Assembly: GCA_963817725.1 (NCBI GenBank)
Contig: CAWFPD010000013.1
Span: 255,006-319,005 of the forward strand
DNA: 64,000 bases
Direction of reading: 5' to 3'
DNA from: an uncultured delta proteobacterium
Lineage (GTDB): Bacteria; Myxococcota_A; Polyangia; Polyangiales; Houyiibacteriaceae
Shown here: piece after piece, positions 36,154 to 46,444 of the stretch
Layout of the letters: the number at the start of each line of letters is the position of its first letter
How positions within the stretch are numbered: the stretch's first letter is position 1
The notes under the pieces: generated by a model
The model's database searches: none
Told to the model about the DNA's origin: nothing
What the model saw: the letters and a program-made list of their open reading frames with translations, nothing else
Made by a program: the position numbers and the translations under genes

Positions 36154-36978
36154 ATGCGCGAGCTCGAAGAAAAAATCGCAGTCGTAACCGGCGCAGGTCA
36201 TGGCATCGGACGGGAGACGGCCCTCGCGCTAGCGAGCCGAGGATGCCGGCTTGCGATCTGCGACATCAACGAAGAAGCGCTCGACACCGTACGCGAGGAG
36301 CTTTCCCGAGCAGGTGCCATGCTCACGGCCCACCGTGTCGATGTTTCGAATAGCACGCAGATGGCGTCCTTTGCCTCGGATGTCGTCGACGCGCATGGCG
36401 AGGTGCACATTCTGGTGAACAACGCGGGTGTGACGGTCTATGCGTCGTTCGAGGAGCACAGCATCGAGGATCTCGAATGGATCCTAGGCGTGAATTTGTG
36501 GGGCGTGCTCTACGGATGCAAATTCTTCCTGCCTCACCTCAAGGCTGCAGGAGAGGGTCACATCGTCAACCTTTCGAGCGTATTCGGCATCATCGCTCCC
36601 CCGCTTCAGACCAGTTACGTGGCGACCAAGTTCGCCGTGCGCGGCTTTAGCGAGTCGCTGCGCGCAGAGCTTGCCCAGCACAACATCGGGGTCACGTCGG
36701 TTCATCCTGGGGCCATACAAACCAACATCATACGAGACGCCCGCTTGGTCACCGACACGCACGCGGAGCTGCGCAATACGACACAGCGGCTGTTCGATCG
36801 ATTGGGCACCACGCCCGACGTGGTGGCAGCTCGTGTCGTCAAGGCCATCGAGCAGAACTCTCCCCGCGTCTTGATCACCAGAGAAGCGCACGTCGCCGAT
36901 GCGCTCAAGCGACTCATGCCTGCAACGACGGACGGGATCGTCGCTCGCGTTTTCAAGCGGATCGGCCCCCAGCGGTAG
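36154..36978 (+). CDS. Short-chain dehydrogenase/reductase
   Basis: VTGAGHGIG, NNAG, YVATK. Confidence 0.92.
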   Translation: MRELEEKIAVVTGAGHGIGRETALALASRGCRLAICDINEEALDTVREELSRAGAMLTAHRVDVSNSTQMASFASDVVDAHGEVHILVNNAGVTVYASFEEHSIEDLEWILGVNLWGVLYGCKFFLPHLKAAGEGHIVNLSSVFGIIAPPLQTSYVATKFAVRGFSESLRAELAQHNIGVTSVHPGAIQTNIIRDARLVTDTHAELRNTTQRLFDRLGTTPDVVAARVVKAIEQNSPRVLITREAHVADALKRLMPATTDGIVARVFKRIGPQR

Positions 36979-36980
36979 CG

Positions 36981-37871
36981 GTGCAGGGCATCTCACGCGA
37001 GCGTTTCGGCGACTTTTCGGTTCTTCACCGACCGGCGGCAAGCGGCGAAGGGCTCACGGTGCACTTCGCGCATGCGACCGGGTTCAACGCCGAGACCTAC
37101 CGAGCTTTGCTCGCATCGCTCGACCCGTCGCTCGACGTTTTTGCCATGGACGCGCGTGGTCATGGGATGTCCGAGGCAGAAACGGATCCCAAGAAGCTCC
37201 GATCATGGGTTCCGTACCGCAACGATCTCGAACGCTTCGTCGAAACCCTGCGTCGTCCGACGGTTCTGGCCGGACACTCCATGGGTGCGACCGTGAGCCT
37301 GGAGCTGGCTGCTGCCCGGCCCGATTTGGTCGGTGGTCTAGTGCTCATCGACCCGGTCATCGTTCCGCCGGGGCGGATTCCTCTCTTGTCCGTGGCGAGG
37401 ATGCTCGGCTTGAGCCAGCGGCTCATTCCCATCGCGCAGGCAGCAGCGCGGCGACGAATGGAGTTTCCTTCCAAGGAAGCCGCCGTGGAGAACTACGTTG
37501 GAAAGAGCGCCTTCAAGACTTGGCCCCGAGCGTGGATCGAGGCGTACGTCGACGGCGGAACCGTCGTGACGGACCATGGCACGGTACGGCTGAGCTGCGA
37601 CCGCACATGGGAAAGCAGGACGTTCGCCATGGCAAGCGTCAATCCGTATCGATCCGTCAAGAAGCTCCAATGTCCGGTCACGCTCATCACACGCGAGCAT
37701 GATGGCCCTCCTTTCACTAGGGACTCGCGGGAGGCGTTCATGAAGCTTCGGCCCGAGACACGGCTCCTCGTCCTCGAGGAGGTATCGCACTTCATGACTA
37801 TGGAGCGCCCCGACATCGCGCGCGCCGAGATCGAGCGGATGGCTGAGATGGCGCGCTCAGAGCTCGGATAG
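36981..37871 (+). CDS. Alpha/beta hydrolase
   Basis: HATGF, DARGHG, GHSMG nucleophile elbow, C-terminal HF. Confidence 0.88.
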   Translation: MQGISRERFGDFSVLHRPAASGEGLTVHFAHATGFNAETYRALLASLDPSLDVFAMDARGHGMSEAETDPKKLRSWVPYRNDLERFVETLRRPTVLAGHSMGATVSLELAAARPDLVGGLVLIDPVIVPPGRIPLLSVARMLGLSQRLIPIAQAAARRRMEFPSKEAAVENYVGKSAFKTWPRAWIEAYVDGGTVVTDHGTVRLSCDRTWESRTFAMASVNPYRSVKKLQCPVTLITREHDGPPFTRDSREAFMKLRPETRLLVLEEVSHFMTMERPDIARAEIERMAEMARSELG

Positions 37872-39812
37872 CTCTTGCTCGAAACCGCCAGATAGGATCG
37901 GGAACCGGCACCAGGTCTTGGGGTCCAGGTTCTTGTCATCGACGTGAAACGACGGTGCGTAGCGCTCCCGCTTCCACTGATTGCGAGACCAGAGACGAAA
38001 GAAGCGGGCGACCCACTTTTGAAGCGTATCTGCGTCGTAATCGGGGAACTCGTTGCGCAAAATCTCGAGGCAGTCTGCCGGGGGTAGCTTGTCCCCGATC
38101 GCCAGCCGCTCGATGACATCGAGCACCGGATAGGGCATGAGGTCGCCTTCGTCCGTTTGCTCCTGATCCGGAGGACGGAGCTCGGCGGTCGGGGTCTGGA
38201 CATTGACCTCATGCAGCGCCGGGATCGGATGCATGCCGGTCGGTCCCGTCGTTTCGAGCCAATGCAACCAGCGGCGAAGAAAGGCCTTGTCGATTCCGGC
38301 GATGGGGCTCAGGCCTCCACAGGTGTCGCCGTCCATGGTCGCGTAACCGACCGCAGCTTCGGATCGATTGCTGGTCGATAACAGTAACGCCCCGCGGATG
38401 TTGGCGAGCATCCAGACGCTAGGCCCTCGGACTCTCGCCTGGATGTTTTGCAACGTGATGTCGTCCGTGTCCCAAGTGAGGCTTCGACCGATCGCCTCGG
38501 AAATCAGACTCTCGTAGGCCTCGACGATGTGTTGCACATCGAGGACGTAGAAGGTGGCACCCAGGGCCTCGGCGACGGCCGTGGCTGCGTGGCGTGTCAC
38601 CTCGCCGCTATTGTCGGTTGGCTGATACGCGCAGCAAAGCAGCTCGTGCACCCAGTCCCGCGCGCTTGGCCGTGGCGTTAGCCCGAGCTTGTCGGCGAAC
38701 CGTTGTCCGCCAAGCTCCCCCAGTGCTCGTTCGACAGTGAGCGCAACCAGGCATGCTGCAGCCGCCGAATCGACGCCTCCGCTGATGCTCAGCACGAAAC
38801 CGCTGGACCCGCTTTTTCGTTGGTAGTCGAACAGCGCGAGCGTGGTGGCCCGCATGAACTCTTCCTCTTTGTGATGCTTGCTCGTCTCCCACTCAGGCAC
38901 ACTCGGCTGAGAGCGATGCATCCGGCTGCGCGGCAGCTCGAAGCCCACGTCGACGCATTTGTCTCCCGGATCGGTACTGTCGGCGGCGAAGCTCGTGGTT
39001 CGCACCTGCTCTGTCTGCGAGGCCTCGATGTCGACGACCGCGGTAGTGAGCACGAAATCATCGAAGGTGAGACGGGGTGATTGCGCCAGAAGCTTTCCAT
39101 TTTGCGCAATGAGGCAACCTCCATCGTAAATGATGCGGCCGGCTTCGTTGCCCAGCAGATTCGCATAGAGATACGTCACGGCCATCGACCGAGAGCCCTC
39201 GAGGACCAGACGCTGCCGCACGGCATGCTTGCCAAATGCGAAGTGGCTTGCGCTCGGGTTGACGATGATGTCCATGGCATAGCCATCGAGGGCTCCCCTG
39301 CGTTGCGCAACCCATGCGTCCTCGCAGATCTCGAAACCAATGCGGACGCCCGAAAAATCGAAGAAGATGTCGCCAAAGGGATAGTTGCGTCCATCATGCT
39401 CGAGATGGACAATCTGATCGGCGGGCCAGGGCTTGAACCAGCGCGGCTCGTAATAGAGGCCTTCCCCGGCGAGATGCTCTTTGGCCACGAAGCCAGCGAT
39501 TTGCCCGTCGGCGACGACACATGCGGTGTTGTACAAGCCGCCGCGGCGCCGGACCGGCATGCCGATGGTTACGACCATGTCCTCCGTCAGAGGGAGGATG
39601 TCCATCAACATGGCCCAGGCGCGCTTGGACACGTCGGGACCCGAGAAAGCATCCTCGCACCCGTAACCCGTCGCGCAGAGCTCTGGGAGCACGAGCAGCG
39701 CCACCGCCTCGCTTTTCGCCTGCCGGAGCACGCTTTCGATGCGTTGCTGATTGCCGACCCAGTCGAGCGGGGTCTGGTTCAGCGACGCAGTCGCGACCTT
39801 GATGGGGAGCAT
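37857..39812 (-). CDS. nadE: Glutamine-dependent NAD+ synthetase
   Basis: Nitrilase domain PEL...EICEDAW; SISGGVDS; QNIQARVR; GYATMDGD; PTAELRP. Confidence 0.93.
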   Translation of the reverse strand: MLPIKVATASLNQTPLDWVGNQQRIESVLRQAKSEAVALLVLPELCATGYGCEDAFSGPDVSKRAWAMLMDILPLTEDMVVTIGMPVRRRGGLYNTACVVADGQIAGFVAKEHLAGEGLYYEPRWFKPWPADQIVHLEHDGRNYPFGDIFFDFSGVRIGFEICEDAWVAQRRGALDGYAMDIIVNPSASHFAFGKHAVRQRLVLEGSRSMAVTYLYANLLGNEAGRIIYDGGCLIAQNGKLLAQSPRLTFDDFVLTTAVVDIEASQTEQVRTTSFAADSTDPGDKCVDVGFELPRSRMHRSQPSVPEWETSKHHKEEEFMRATTLALFDYQRKSGSSGFVLSISGGVDSAAAACLVALTVERALGELGGQRFADKLGLTPRPSARDWVHELLCCAYQPTDNSGEVTRHAATAVAEALGATFYVLDVQHIVEAYESLISEAIGRSLTWDTDDITLQNIQARVRGPSVWMLANIRGALLLSTSNRSEAAVGYATMDGDTCGGLSPIAGIDKAFLRRWLHWLETTGPTGMHPIPALHEVNVQTPTAELRPPDQEQTDEGDLMPYPVLDVIERLAIGDKLPPADCLEILRNEFPDYDADTLQKWVARFFRLWSRNQWKRERYAPSFHVDDKNLDPKTWCRFPILSGGFEQELSEL

Positions 39813-39927
39813 GAAGCGGTTCTAGCATTGCTAGGTCCACCCGAACCCCATCGGCAATTGACTGAAGGGCAGGGCAGGCGTATCATGATTTCTCAGTTTG
39901 TCATTTACTGCCAAGTTGAGTAATATC

Positions 39928-41592
39928 ATGACATTCCATCAGGCACCGCCAACTCTCGGTAATCAATACGATTCTGACTCTCTGCTAAAGGAGTATCTGC
40001 AGCGAACGCTACCACCGAAGCTGCTCGCGCGCTTCGAGCCCGAGTACCGGGAGCTCGGCGAACGCAATGGCGGAGAGCTCTATCAGCTGTCTCTAGCGGA
40101 TCTGAGCAACGAGCCGGTGCACACGGTTTGGGATCCTTGGGGCAACCGGATCGACGAAGTCGAGGTGACCGAAGTTTGGAAACGCGCGCAGGTGATCTGC
40201 GCGGAGCACGGCTTGGTCGCAGCGGGGTACGACGCGGAGCTCGGGCCGTACGCGCGCATTCACCAGCACGTCCTCAACTACGTCGTGCAAGCATCTCTCG
40301 ATACCTACAACTGTCCGTTGGCCATGACCGACGGTGCAGCGCGCACGTTGCTCGATTCGGGCAATCAGGCGTTGATCGATCACGCCCTCCCGCGGTTGCT
40401 CTCTCGCGACCCGGCCACGATGTGGACCTCGGGGCAGTGGATGACCGAACGCATCGGCGGCTCCGACGTGGGGCAAACCGAGACCGTGGCGCGGCGAGAC
40501 GGCGATACTTGGCGGCTCTACGGAACCAAATGGTTTACCTCGGCGACGACCGCCGACATGGCGCTCACGCTCGCGCGGCCCGAGGGAAACCCACCGGGCG
40601 GTCGTGGTCTAGCCATGTTCTATCTCGAGCTTCGCGGACAAAACGGGCGCCTGCGAGACATTCACATCAATCGGCTCAAGGACAAGTTTGGAACTCGCAA
40701 GCTGCCCACGGCGGAGCTCACCTTGGATGGGGTGGTGGCGGTGCCGGTCGCAGGGTTGGAAAATGGGGTTCGCAACATCACCCCGATGTTGAACATCACG
40801 CGAACTTGGAATTCCGTCGGGGCCATTCTCGGGATGCAGCGGGCGGTCGCGCTCACTCGCGACTACGCTGCCAAGCGCGAGGCGTTTGGCGGGCTTCTCA
40901 TCGACAAGCCCCTCCATGTCGACGCCATGGCCGACATGATCGCCGAGACGCAAGGGGCGTTCTTGCTGGCGTTCCGAGTCGTCGAGCTGCTCGGTCGCAT
41001 CGAATCCGGTGAGGCGAGCCCTGCGGAGCAGTTGGTCAGCCGGATGATCACACCGATCGGGAAGCTGACCACCGGAAAGCAAGCCGTCACCGTGGCCTCC
41101 GAAGCGCTCGAATCGTTCGGCGGTGCCGGCTACGTCAACGACACGGGGCTCTCGCGATTGCTTGCCGATGCGCAGGTGCTTCCCATTTGGGAGGGGACGA
41201 CCAACGTGTTGTCCCTAGATACCCTGCGGGCGCTCAAGCAGGACGGGGTATGGGAGGCGTTCGTGGCGGAGATCCGAGGCCGTCTCGACGCCGCGACCGA
41301 TTCTCGGCTCGAATCTCCGGCCGAGCGCGCTGGCGCGGCGCTTCGGCACGCAGGCATCTGGTTGGAACAGACCTCGAAGGAACGATCGGCGCTCGAGGCG
41401 GGCGCCCGCCGGTTCGCCATGACGCTCGGTCGCGCGACCGAGCTCGCGCTCCTAGTCGATCACGCGCAGTGGTGTCTCGACCACGGCAAAGGTGAACGGG
41501 CACTCGCTGCCGCCCGACGCTTTTCGACGAGCCGCATCGACTTGATCGAGGACGCGGACCTCGTGGCGGACAGCCGGCTTTTGATTCAATGA
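39928..41592 (+). CDS. Acyl-CoA dehydrogenase, AidB-like
   Basis: CPLAMTDGAA, GQWMTERIGGSDV, RLKDKFGT, LPIWEGTTNVLSLD. Confidence 0.88.
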   Translation: MTFHQAPPTLGNQYDSDSLLKEYLQRTLPPKLLARFEPEYRELGERNGGELYQLSLADLSNEPVHTVWDPWGNRIDEVEVTEVWKRAQVICAEHGLVAAGYDAELGPYARIHQHVLNYVVQASLDTYNCPLAMTDGAARTLLDSGNQALIDHALPRLLSRDPATMWTSGQWMTERIGGSDVGQTETVARRDGDTWRLYGTKWFTSATTADMALTLARPEGNPPGGRGLAMFYLELRGQNGRLRDIHINRLKDKFGTRKLPTAELTLDGVVAVPVAGLENGVRNITPMLNITRTWNSVGAILGMQRAVALTRDYAAKREAFGGLLIDKPLHVDAMADMIAETQGAFLLAFRVVELLGRIESGEASPAEQLVSRMITPIGKLTTGKQAVTVASEALESFGGAGYVNDTGLSRLLADAQVLPIWEGTTNVLSLDTLRALKQDGVWEAFVAEIRGRLDAATDSRLESPAERAGAALRHAGIWLEQTSKERSALEAGARRFAMTLGRATELALLVDHAQWCLDHGKGERALAAARRFSTSRIDLIEDADLVADSRLLIQ

Positions 41593-41593
41593 G

Positions 41594-42673
41594 CTAGCGG
41601 CTGCCGGGGTCGTCGATCGAAAGTGGCAGCCCACTTGGCACCGATGCCGGACGGATTGGCTCGTGGCTTCCATCCCGCAGCGCTTTGCTGATGAAGGCCG
41701 TAATGAGGCGCACATCTTCGTCGGTGAAGGGCTGGTCACCTTCTTCGAGCTCGTGTCGAACAGCCTCCTCTAACGAGTCGACCGTCCCGTTGTGAAAATA
41801 CGGTTCGGTGAAGGCGATGTTGCGAAGCGTCACTGCGCGAAACTTGCCCCGGTCTTCCACGCGGCCCGTCACCTCTTCGCGGCCGTAGTCGATGACGCCT
41901 TCGATCTCCGCCACGTGACGATTGGCAAACACGTCGGATTCGAACAGAGGCGGCACGTGGCAATCGTGACAACCCATCTCGGCGAATCGGAACATGCCCT
42001 CGGTCATTTCCTCGGTGAGGACTTGCGTTCTACCTTCCGCGTATTTGTCATAGCTGGCGGCCATGGAGAGAAGTGTGCGTTGATACGCCGCCAGCGCTGC
42101 AACGAGGTTCTCAATCGACACCTGAGGGTCGTCCGGAAAAGCTTGCCTGAACAGCTCCGCGTATTCGGGCACGGACGACAGGTCCGAAACGACCGTCTCC
42201 GGGTCCGCACTCATCTCGTCCTCGTCGAAAAGAGGCATGTGTGCCTGCTCTTCGATGGTCCGGGCCCCTCCATCCCATAGAAGCGTGTCGCGGAAAGCCA
42301 CGTTGTAGAGGGTGGTGGAGTTGCGCCGCACCGTGTTGGGGCCTTGCCGTCCCGGGCCCGCCAGCAGGCCCGCGCCATGGCCCACGGACTGCCGCAGAGC
42401 ATCGCTCAAGCCCCAGCGCTCGCTGTGACAGGTGGAGCACGACGTTTGCTGATCAATGGACAAAATCGGGTCATAGAAGAGCAAATGTCCGAGCTCGATG
42501 CGCGCTGCCGGCACGTTCTTCATGACATCTGGCAGAGATGGAAAAGGAGTCAGCGGCCAGGGAGTCGCAGCGGCGTCGTCCGATCCAGCCGACTCGCCGC
42601 ACGAGGCGACGAGCAGGGCTAGGATCAAGAGCGCCAGCGCCTGACCGCTCAGTTTGTGGCCGCCGCGCCGCAC
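41594..42673 (-). CDS. Di-heme cytochrome c peroxidase/MauG-family lipoprotein (start uncertain)
   Basis: Lipobox LVASC, LGHLLFYDP, CSTCH, LWDG...EEQA, CHDCH, LRNIAFTEPYFHNG. Confidence 0.88.
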   Translation of the reverse strand: MRRGGHKLSGQALALLILALLVASCGESAGSDDAAATPWPLTPFPSLPDVMKNVPAARIELGHLLFYDPILSIDQQTSCSTCHSERWGLSDALRQSVGHGAGLLAGPGRQGPNTVRRNSTTLYNVAFRDTLLWDGGARTIEEQAHMPLFDEDEMSADPETVVSDLSSVPEYAELFRQAFPDDPQVSIENLVAALAAYQRTLLSMAASYDKYAEGRTQVLTEEMTEGMFRFAEMGCHDCHVPPLFESDVFANRHVAEIEGVIDYGREEVTGRVEDRGKFRAVTLRNIAFTEPYFHNGTVDSLEEAVRHELEEGDQPFTDEDVRLITAFISKALRDGSHEPIRPASVPSGLPLSIDDPGSR

Positions 42674-44007
42674 GTCGGGATCTCCGGGAAGGCCGTCGGC
42701 AAGAGCTCGATCCACCTACGGATGATCGCCGTCGCGGGTTCGTCCACCACGGTTCGTCCGAGCGTTGGCATCATTTCGCCTGGCGTGGTCGAAAGGAGCC
42801 GGCAAAGGAGAAGCGACCGGTCGGGATCGCCAGGCCAGATGTCCACGGGCTTCGTCTTACACTGGTCGGTCAGATTGCCCGCCGAAGTCGGCGTCCTGCA
42901 GACACCCCAGGTGTCGAACCGTTCGAAGGTAGCGTCCTCAGGGGTCATGTTGGCCCAGTCCAGAAACAGCCCCTGATCCTGGAGCTCCCCGTCGGGTGCG
43001 TGGCAATGCGAGCAGTTCATGTTGAGGTACGAGCGAGCGGCCTCGTGGTAACAGAGGGCTTGTTCTTGCGAGTCTGCGGGTAGCATCGAGCACTCGTCGG
43101 CGAGCAGCACCGGATTTGGGTAGGTGGTGCGCTCGTCGACTGGTGGTGGCTCCGGAGCCAGCCATCCGAGGCCGAAGAGCTCGTCGATCTGGTTGTCCAC
43201 GGGCGTGCCCTGATAGTCGTTGCCGCGGTTGAGCATGCCGGCAGAGGGTCCGAGGGTCCGCGTCTCGGGTGGCCGCCTGTGGCACTGGCGACAATTGCCG
43301 TTGGACGGAACGGTGTAGTTTTCGATGGTGACTTGCTGGTCGTTGAGCGGATCGGTGAAGGTGACCGATTTCGTGACTCCACCCGTTTCCAGGACCGCAT
43401 CGCTTTGATCTTCGTTGTAGACGTACACGTGGACGTTCCAGCAGGAATCGTCACCGAGACAGCCGACTCGGTCGTCTTTGGCCGCAACGTGCACCAAGAG
43501 CCGTGTTTCGATGAGCTGCTCCAGGGTCTGCGGGGGATCCGTGGCCTTGTTCGGCGGATAGGCGAATGTCTTGATGTAAATGGTGCCCACCGGGCTCAAC
43601 CAGCGTCGACTGTCGTTGAAGTACTCGATCTGGCCGCCTTCGGTGAGGGTCACGAACCGGTGCTTGACGGTGTAGTCGGTGAACAATGGTGATGTGACGT
43701 CAAAGGGGACCACACCCTCTGCCGGAATCTGCAAGCGGATGTCGTCGAAAAGCCCCCATTCGGATAGGAGCTCGGGGACGACGAAGGCTTGGCCGCCGGT
43801 CCCGCCGGTTCCCGCCGACCCGCCCTGACCCCCAGAGCCACCAGTGCCAGCGGAACCCCCGGTGCCTGCGGAGCCGCCAGTGCCAGCGGAACCCCCGGTG
43901 CCTCCCTCGCCGCCGGCTCCTCCGGTACCGCCGGTACCGGAGGAGTCGCCGCAGCCTACGGCCAGGCCGAGGAGAAGGAGAAACACTAAGTTAAGTCTGC
44001 TCGTCAT
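42649..44007 (-). CDS. SO2930/HNE_0200-type diheme c-type cytochrome lipoprotein
   Basis: Lipobox LAVGC, LSEWGLF, PLFTDY, PVGT..KTF, IETRLL, CRQCH, ARSYLNMNCSHCH, MMPTLGR. Confidence 0.85.
   Translation of the reverse strand: MTSRLNLVFLLLLGLAVGCGDSSGTGGTGGAGGEGGTGGSAGTGGSAGTGGSAGTGGSGGQGGSAGTGGTGGQAFVVPELLSEWGLFDDIRLQIPAEGVVPFDVTSPLFTDYTVKHRFVTLTEGGQIEYFNDSRRWLSPVGTIYIKTFAYPPNKATDPPQTLEQLIETRLLVHVAAKDDRVGCLGDDSCWNVHVYVYNEDQSDAVLETGGVTKSVTFTDPLNDQQVTIENYTVPSNGNCRQCHRRPPETRTLGPSAGMLNRGNDYQGTPVDNQIDELFGLGWLAPEPPPVDERTTYPNPVLLADECSMLPADSQEQALCYHEAARSYLNMNCSHCHAPDGELQDQGLFLDWANMTPEDATFERFDTWGVCRTPTSAGNLTDQCKTKPVDIWPGDPDRSLLLCRLLSTTPGEMMPTLGRTVVDEPATAIIRRWIELLPTAFPEIPTCGAAATN
43790..43945 (-). repeat. 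GTGGSA tandem coding repeat (lipoprotein linker)
   Basis: 18-bp degenerate repeats encoding GTGGSAGTGGSAGTGGS. Confidence 0.75.
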
Positions 44008-44040
44008 TTGCTCTTTGCCCGCCCTTTCAGGGTTCTGGTT

Positions 44041-45546
44041 TTAGAGGGGTGCGTCGCACAGGCGTCCCGCCGTGCTGGTGGTGGTGTTGTCCTGTGCGCA
44101 CATGATCACGCCAAGCAGGTCTCCGCCAGTCACTTCCTGGCATTGGTTGTTGGTCATGTCGCGGTACGAGGCGGTGTTGTCGGCGCCCAAGCAGATTCCG
44201 GGATCTCCATCCGGGGCATCCGGGTAGATATAGCCGTCCCAGAATACGTTCTCGACGGGGTTTTCGGTCGTTCCGATGCCGAGCGCCAGGAACAACGCGG
44301 CGAAGTCACCTTGTGGGCTCGTCCCATTGTCAGCGTAGTAGTTGTCGTGGAGGTAGATGTTGATCGGATAGGGAATGTATCCTTCGGGGCGGTTGCAATC
44401 GGTGGGCGGGTCGACTTGACACACCAGGTAGTTGCTGATGACCAGGAAACCGCCCGTGATGTTGCCCTGGATGTTGTTGTTGCAGAGCTCCTGCCCGTTG
44501 CCGCTGTAGATGATGGCGCCCGAGCCCGGGGGTGCAATCTGCGCCACGCCGGTAGCGGCGAAGTTCGGATGATTGTTGCAGTAGCTGTCGTTTCTGTACC
44601 AGACAATGTTCATGTTGGATGGCTTTTCTGGTGAGATGGGTTGCTGCAAGGAGAGCAAGCCCGCTGCGTTGTTTACCATCGTGTTGTCATGAGCCACGAC
44701 ATCGAGGCTGTTCTCGACCTCCAGCCCCAAGACGTTTTCGTGCACGACGTTGTAGCGCACGATTCCACCATCCGTGGTGTCGTCGCCCCAGCCGCACTTT
44801 CCAACGTAAATCCCAGCATCGGATGCCCCTTGGATTTGGTTGTACTCGACGAGGGTTGCATGGCAGTCGGTCGGATAGAGGCCGTACGCACCGTTGTCCG
44901 ACATGTTCTCGTTGATGTCCCAGCTGACGTGCACCTTGCGGAACACCGAGCCGGTGACTTCTTCCTGTTGCACCGCGTTGTCGCCGGTGTTCTTCACCCA
45001 CATGTTCTCGATGGTGACGTTGTCTTGCTGGACGAGAATTCCCTTGCCCGTTCCGGGCCCGCCGAAGTTCAGCACGGTAGCGTCGGGTGAGGCGCCCACG
45101 CCCTTCAGTGTGAGATTCGGCACGGCCGCGATGGTGATGGTGGCTTCCATTTCATAGGTGCCTGCCGCGATGCAGATCACGTCGCCGATGTTCGCGGCAT
45201 CGAGGATCGTGTTGAGCTCGTTCGAATTGTTCGCCGCGCCTTCGAACGTCGTGGTGCAATCGTCGGTGGCCGTCTCAGGCACGTCGTAAAAGTCGCCGAC
45301 TGCGTAGCTGGTCAAGTCAGGCAAGTTTTCACAATCGGCCGCGGGGAACCCGCCGTAGCCAGTCTGGCAAACGCCTTGTGCGCCGCCACTGCCACCAGTG
45401 CCTCCGCCGGTCCCGCCCATGCCGCCACCGCTTCCGCCCGCGCCGCCGGTTCCACCAGTGCCGCCGCCATTGCCGTTGTCGCTACCGCAACCCACGACCG
45501 CGATGGCGGCTGCGAAGGTCACACTGATAAGTATCCTGAAATTCAT
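44041..45546 (-). CDS. Parallel beta-helix repeat lipoprotein (beta_helix_1 type)
   Basis: Lipobox VVGC, Gly linker, NGAYGLYP, GASDAGIYVG, NVLGLEVENS, WDG. Confidence 0.85.
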   Translation of the reverse strand: MNFRILISVTFAAAIAVVGCGSDNGNGGGTGGTGGAGGSGGGMGGTGGGTGGSGGAQGVCQTGYGGFPAADCENLPDLTSYAVGDFYDVPETATDDCTTTFEGAANNSNELNTILDAANIGDVICIAAGTYEMEATITIAAVPNLTLKGVGASPDATVLNFGGPGTGKGILVQQDNVTIENMWVKNTGDNAVQQEEVTGSVFRKVHVSWDINENMSDNGAYGLYPTDCHATLVEYNQIQGASDAGIYVGKCGWGDDTTDGGIVRYNVVHENVLGLEVENSLDVVAHDNTMVNNAAGLLSLQQPISPEKPSNMNIVWYRNDSYCNNHPNFAATGVAQIAPPGSGAIIYSGNGQELCNNNIQGNITGGFLVISNYLVCQVDPPTDCNRPEGYIPYPINIYLHDNYYADNGTSPQGDFAALFLALGIGTTENPVENVFWDGYIYPDAPDGDPGICLGADNTASYRDMTNNQCQEVTGGDLLGVIMCAQDNTTTSTAGRLCDAPL

Positions 45547-45610
45547 GAACGAGTTCCTCCTCCAAAGCGCGAGAGTGGCGCGATCTAACACCAAAGTGAA
45601 GCGTTGAAAA

Positions 45611-45625
45611 GTGAGCTTACCTCAC
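45611..45625. promoter_or_regulatory. Inverted repeat, possible TetR operator
   Basis: GTGAG-N5-CTCAC in the AT-rich gap between the TetR gene and the beta-helix operon. Confidence 0.35.
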
Positions 45626-45667
45626 AATTTGTCGAATTTTCGTAAGTACCTGCATTTACCTGGATTT

Positions 45668-46375
45668 CTATGCCTTGATCCCCGCCTTCTCCAGATAAAC
45701 CGCCAGATATCCCTTCAGCAGCGTCTTCATCTCGGCGATGATTTGATTCGCGAGATCGGGGTCGTCGACCGCCAGTGCCCAGTCTTGCAGCGCATTGACG
45801 GCCTTGATCGCAGCTTGCGTGACGAGCTGAATGCGCTCCGGCGGGATCAACGCCTGTAGGGCCGGATGAAACGCGAGCATCGCCGCCACGCGCTCGTTCG
45901 ACTCGTCGGTGATGGCGCCAAACTCCGGCGTCGGTCGAATGCTCAGCAAGAGCTGGGCGTAGCCCGGCTGCTCGGAATAGCCTTGCATCGTCGCGTCGAT
46001 TGCGCGGTCGATCGCCTCACCCCAGGGAAGAACACCAAAATCCTCTGCAATGAGGCTTGCTGTCTTGAGATCGACCTCTTCCATGACGCGCCGTGCGAGC
46101 TCGGCGAGCACGGAGAGCTTGTTTGGAAAATACTGGTAGACGGATCCGATGGGCACGCCCGCTTTTTCGGCAATCGCTGCAGTGGTGATCTTGTCGACGG
46201 GCGTGTCGCCGAGGAGCACGGCCGTGGCATCGAGAATGCGTTCGACGCGGTCGCGCGAGCGTTCCTGGCTAGGCCTTCTGCGTGGCGCGAGCTGGTCTGA
46301 TTTCGTTGTCACGGGGATCCCCGACGGGCGAGTGCTCAGTCGTCCAGGGGCAACAAGGCTAGTGACAAGCGCCAT
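45668..46375 (-). CDS. TetR/AcrR family regulator
   Basis: PSQERSRDRVERIL, TTAAIAEKAGVPIGSVYQYFPNK; start uncertain. Confidence 0.9.
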   Translation of the reverse strand: MALVTSLVAPGRLSTRPSGIPVTTKSDQLAPRRRPSQERSRDRVERILDATAVLLGDTPVDKITTAAIAEKAGVPIGSVYQYFPNKLSVLAELARRVMEEVDLKTASLIAEDFGVLPWGEAIDRAIDATMQGYSEQPGYAQLLLSIRPTPEFGAITDESNERVAAMLAFHPALQALIPPERIQLVTQAAIKAVNALQDWALAVDDPDLANQIIAEMKTLLKGYLAVYLEKAGIKA

Positions 46376-46444
46376 GATGCGCAATTCACACCTAGATCCC
46401 ACCCAGAGCTACGCGCTACACTGGCAATTCCCGGAAATCGCGCG

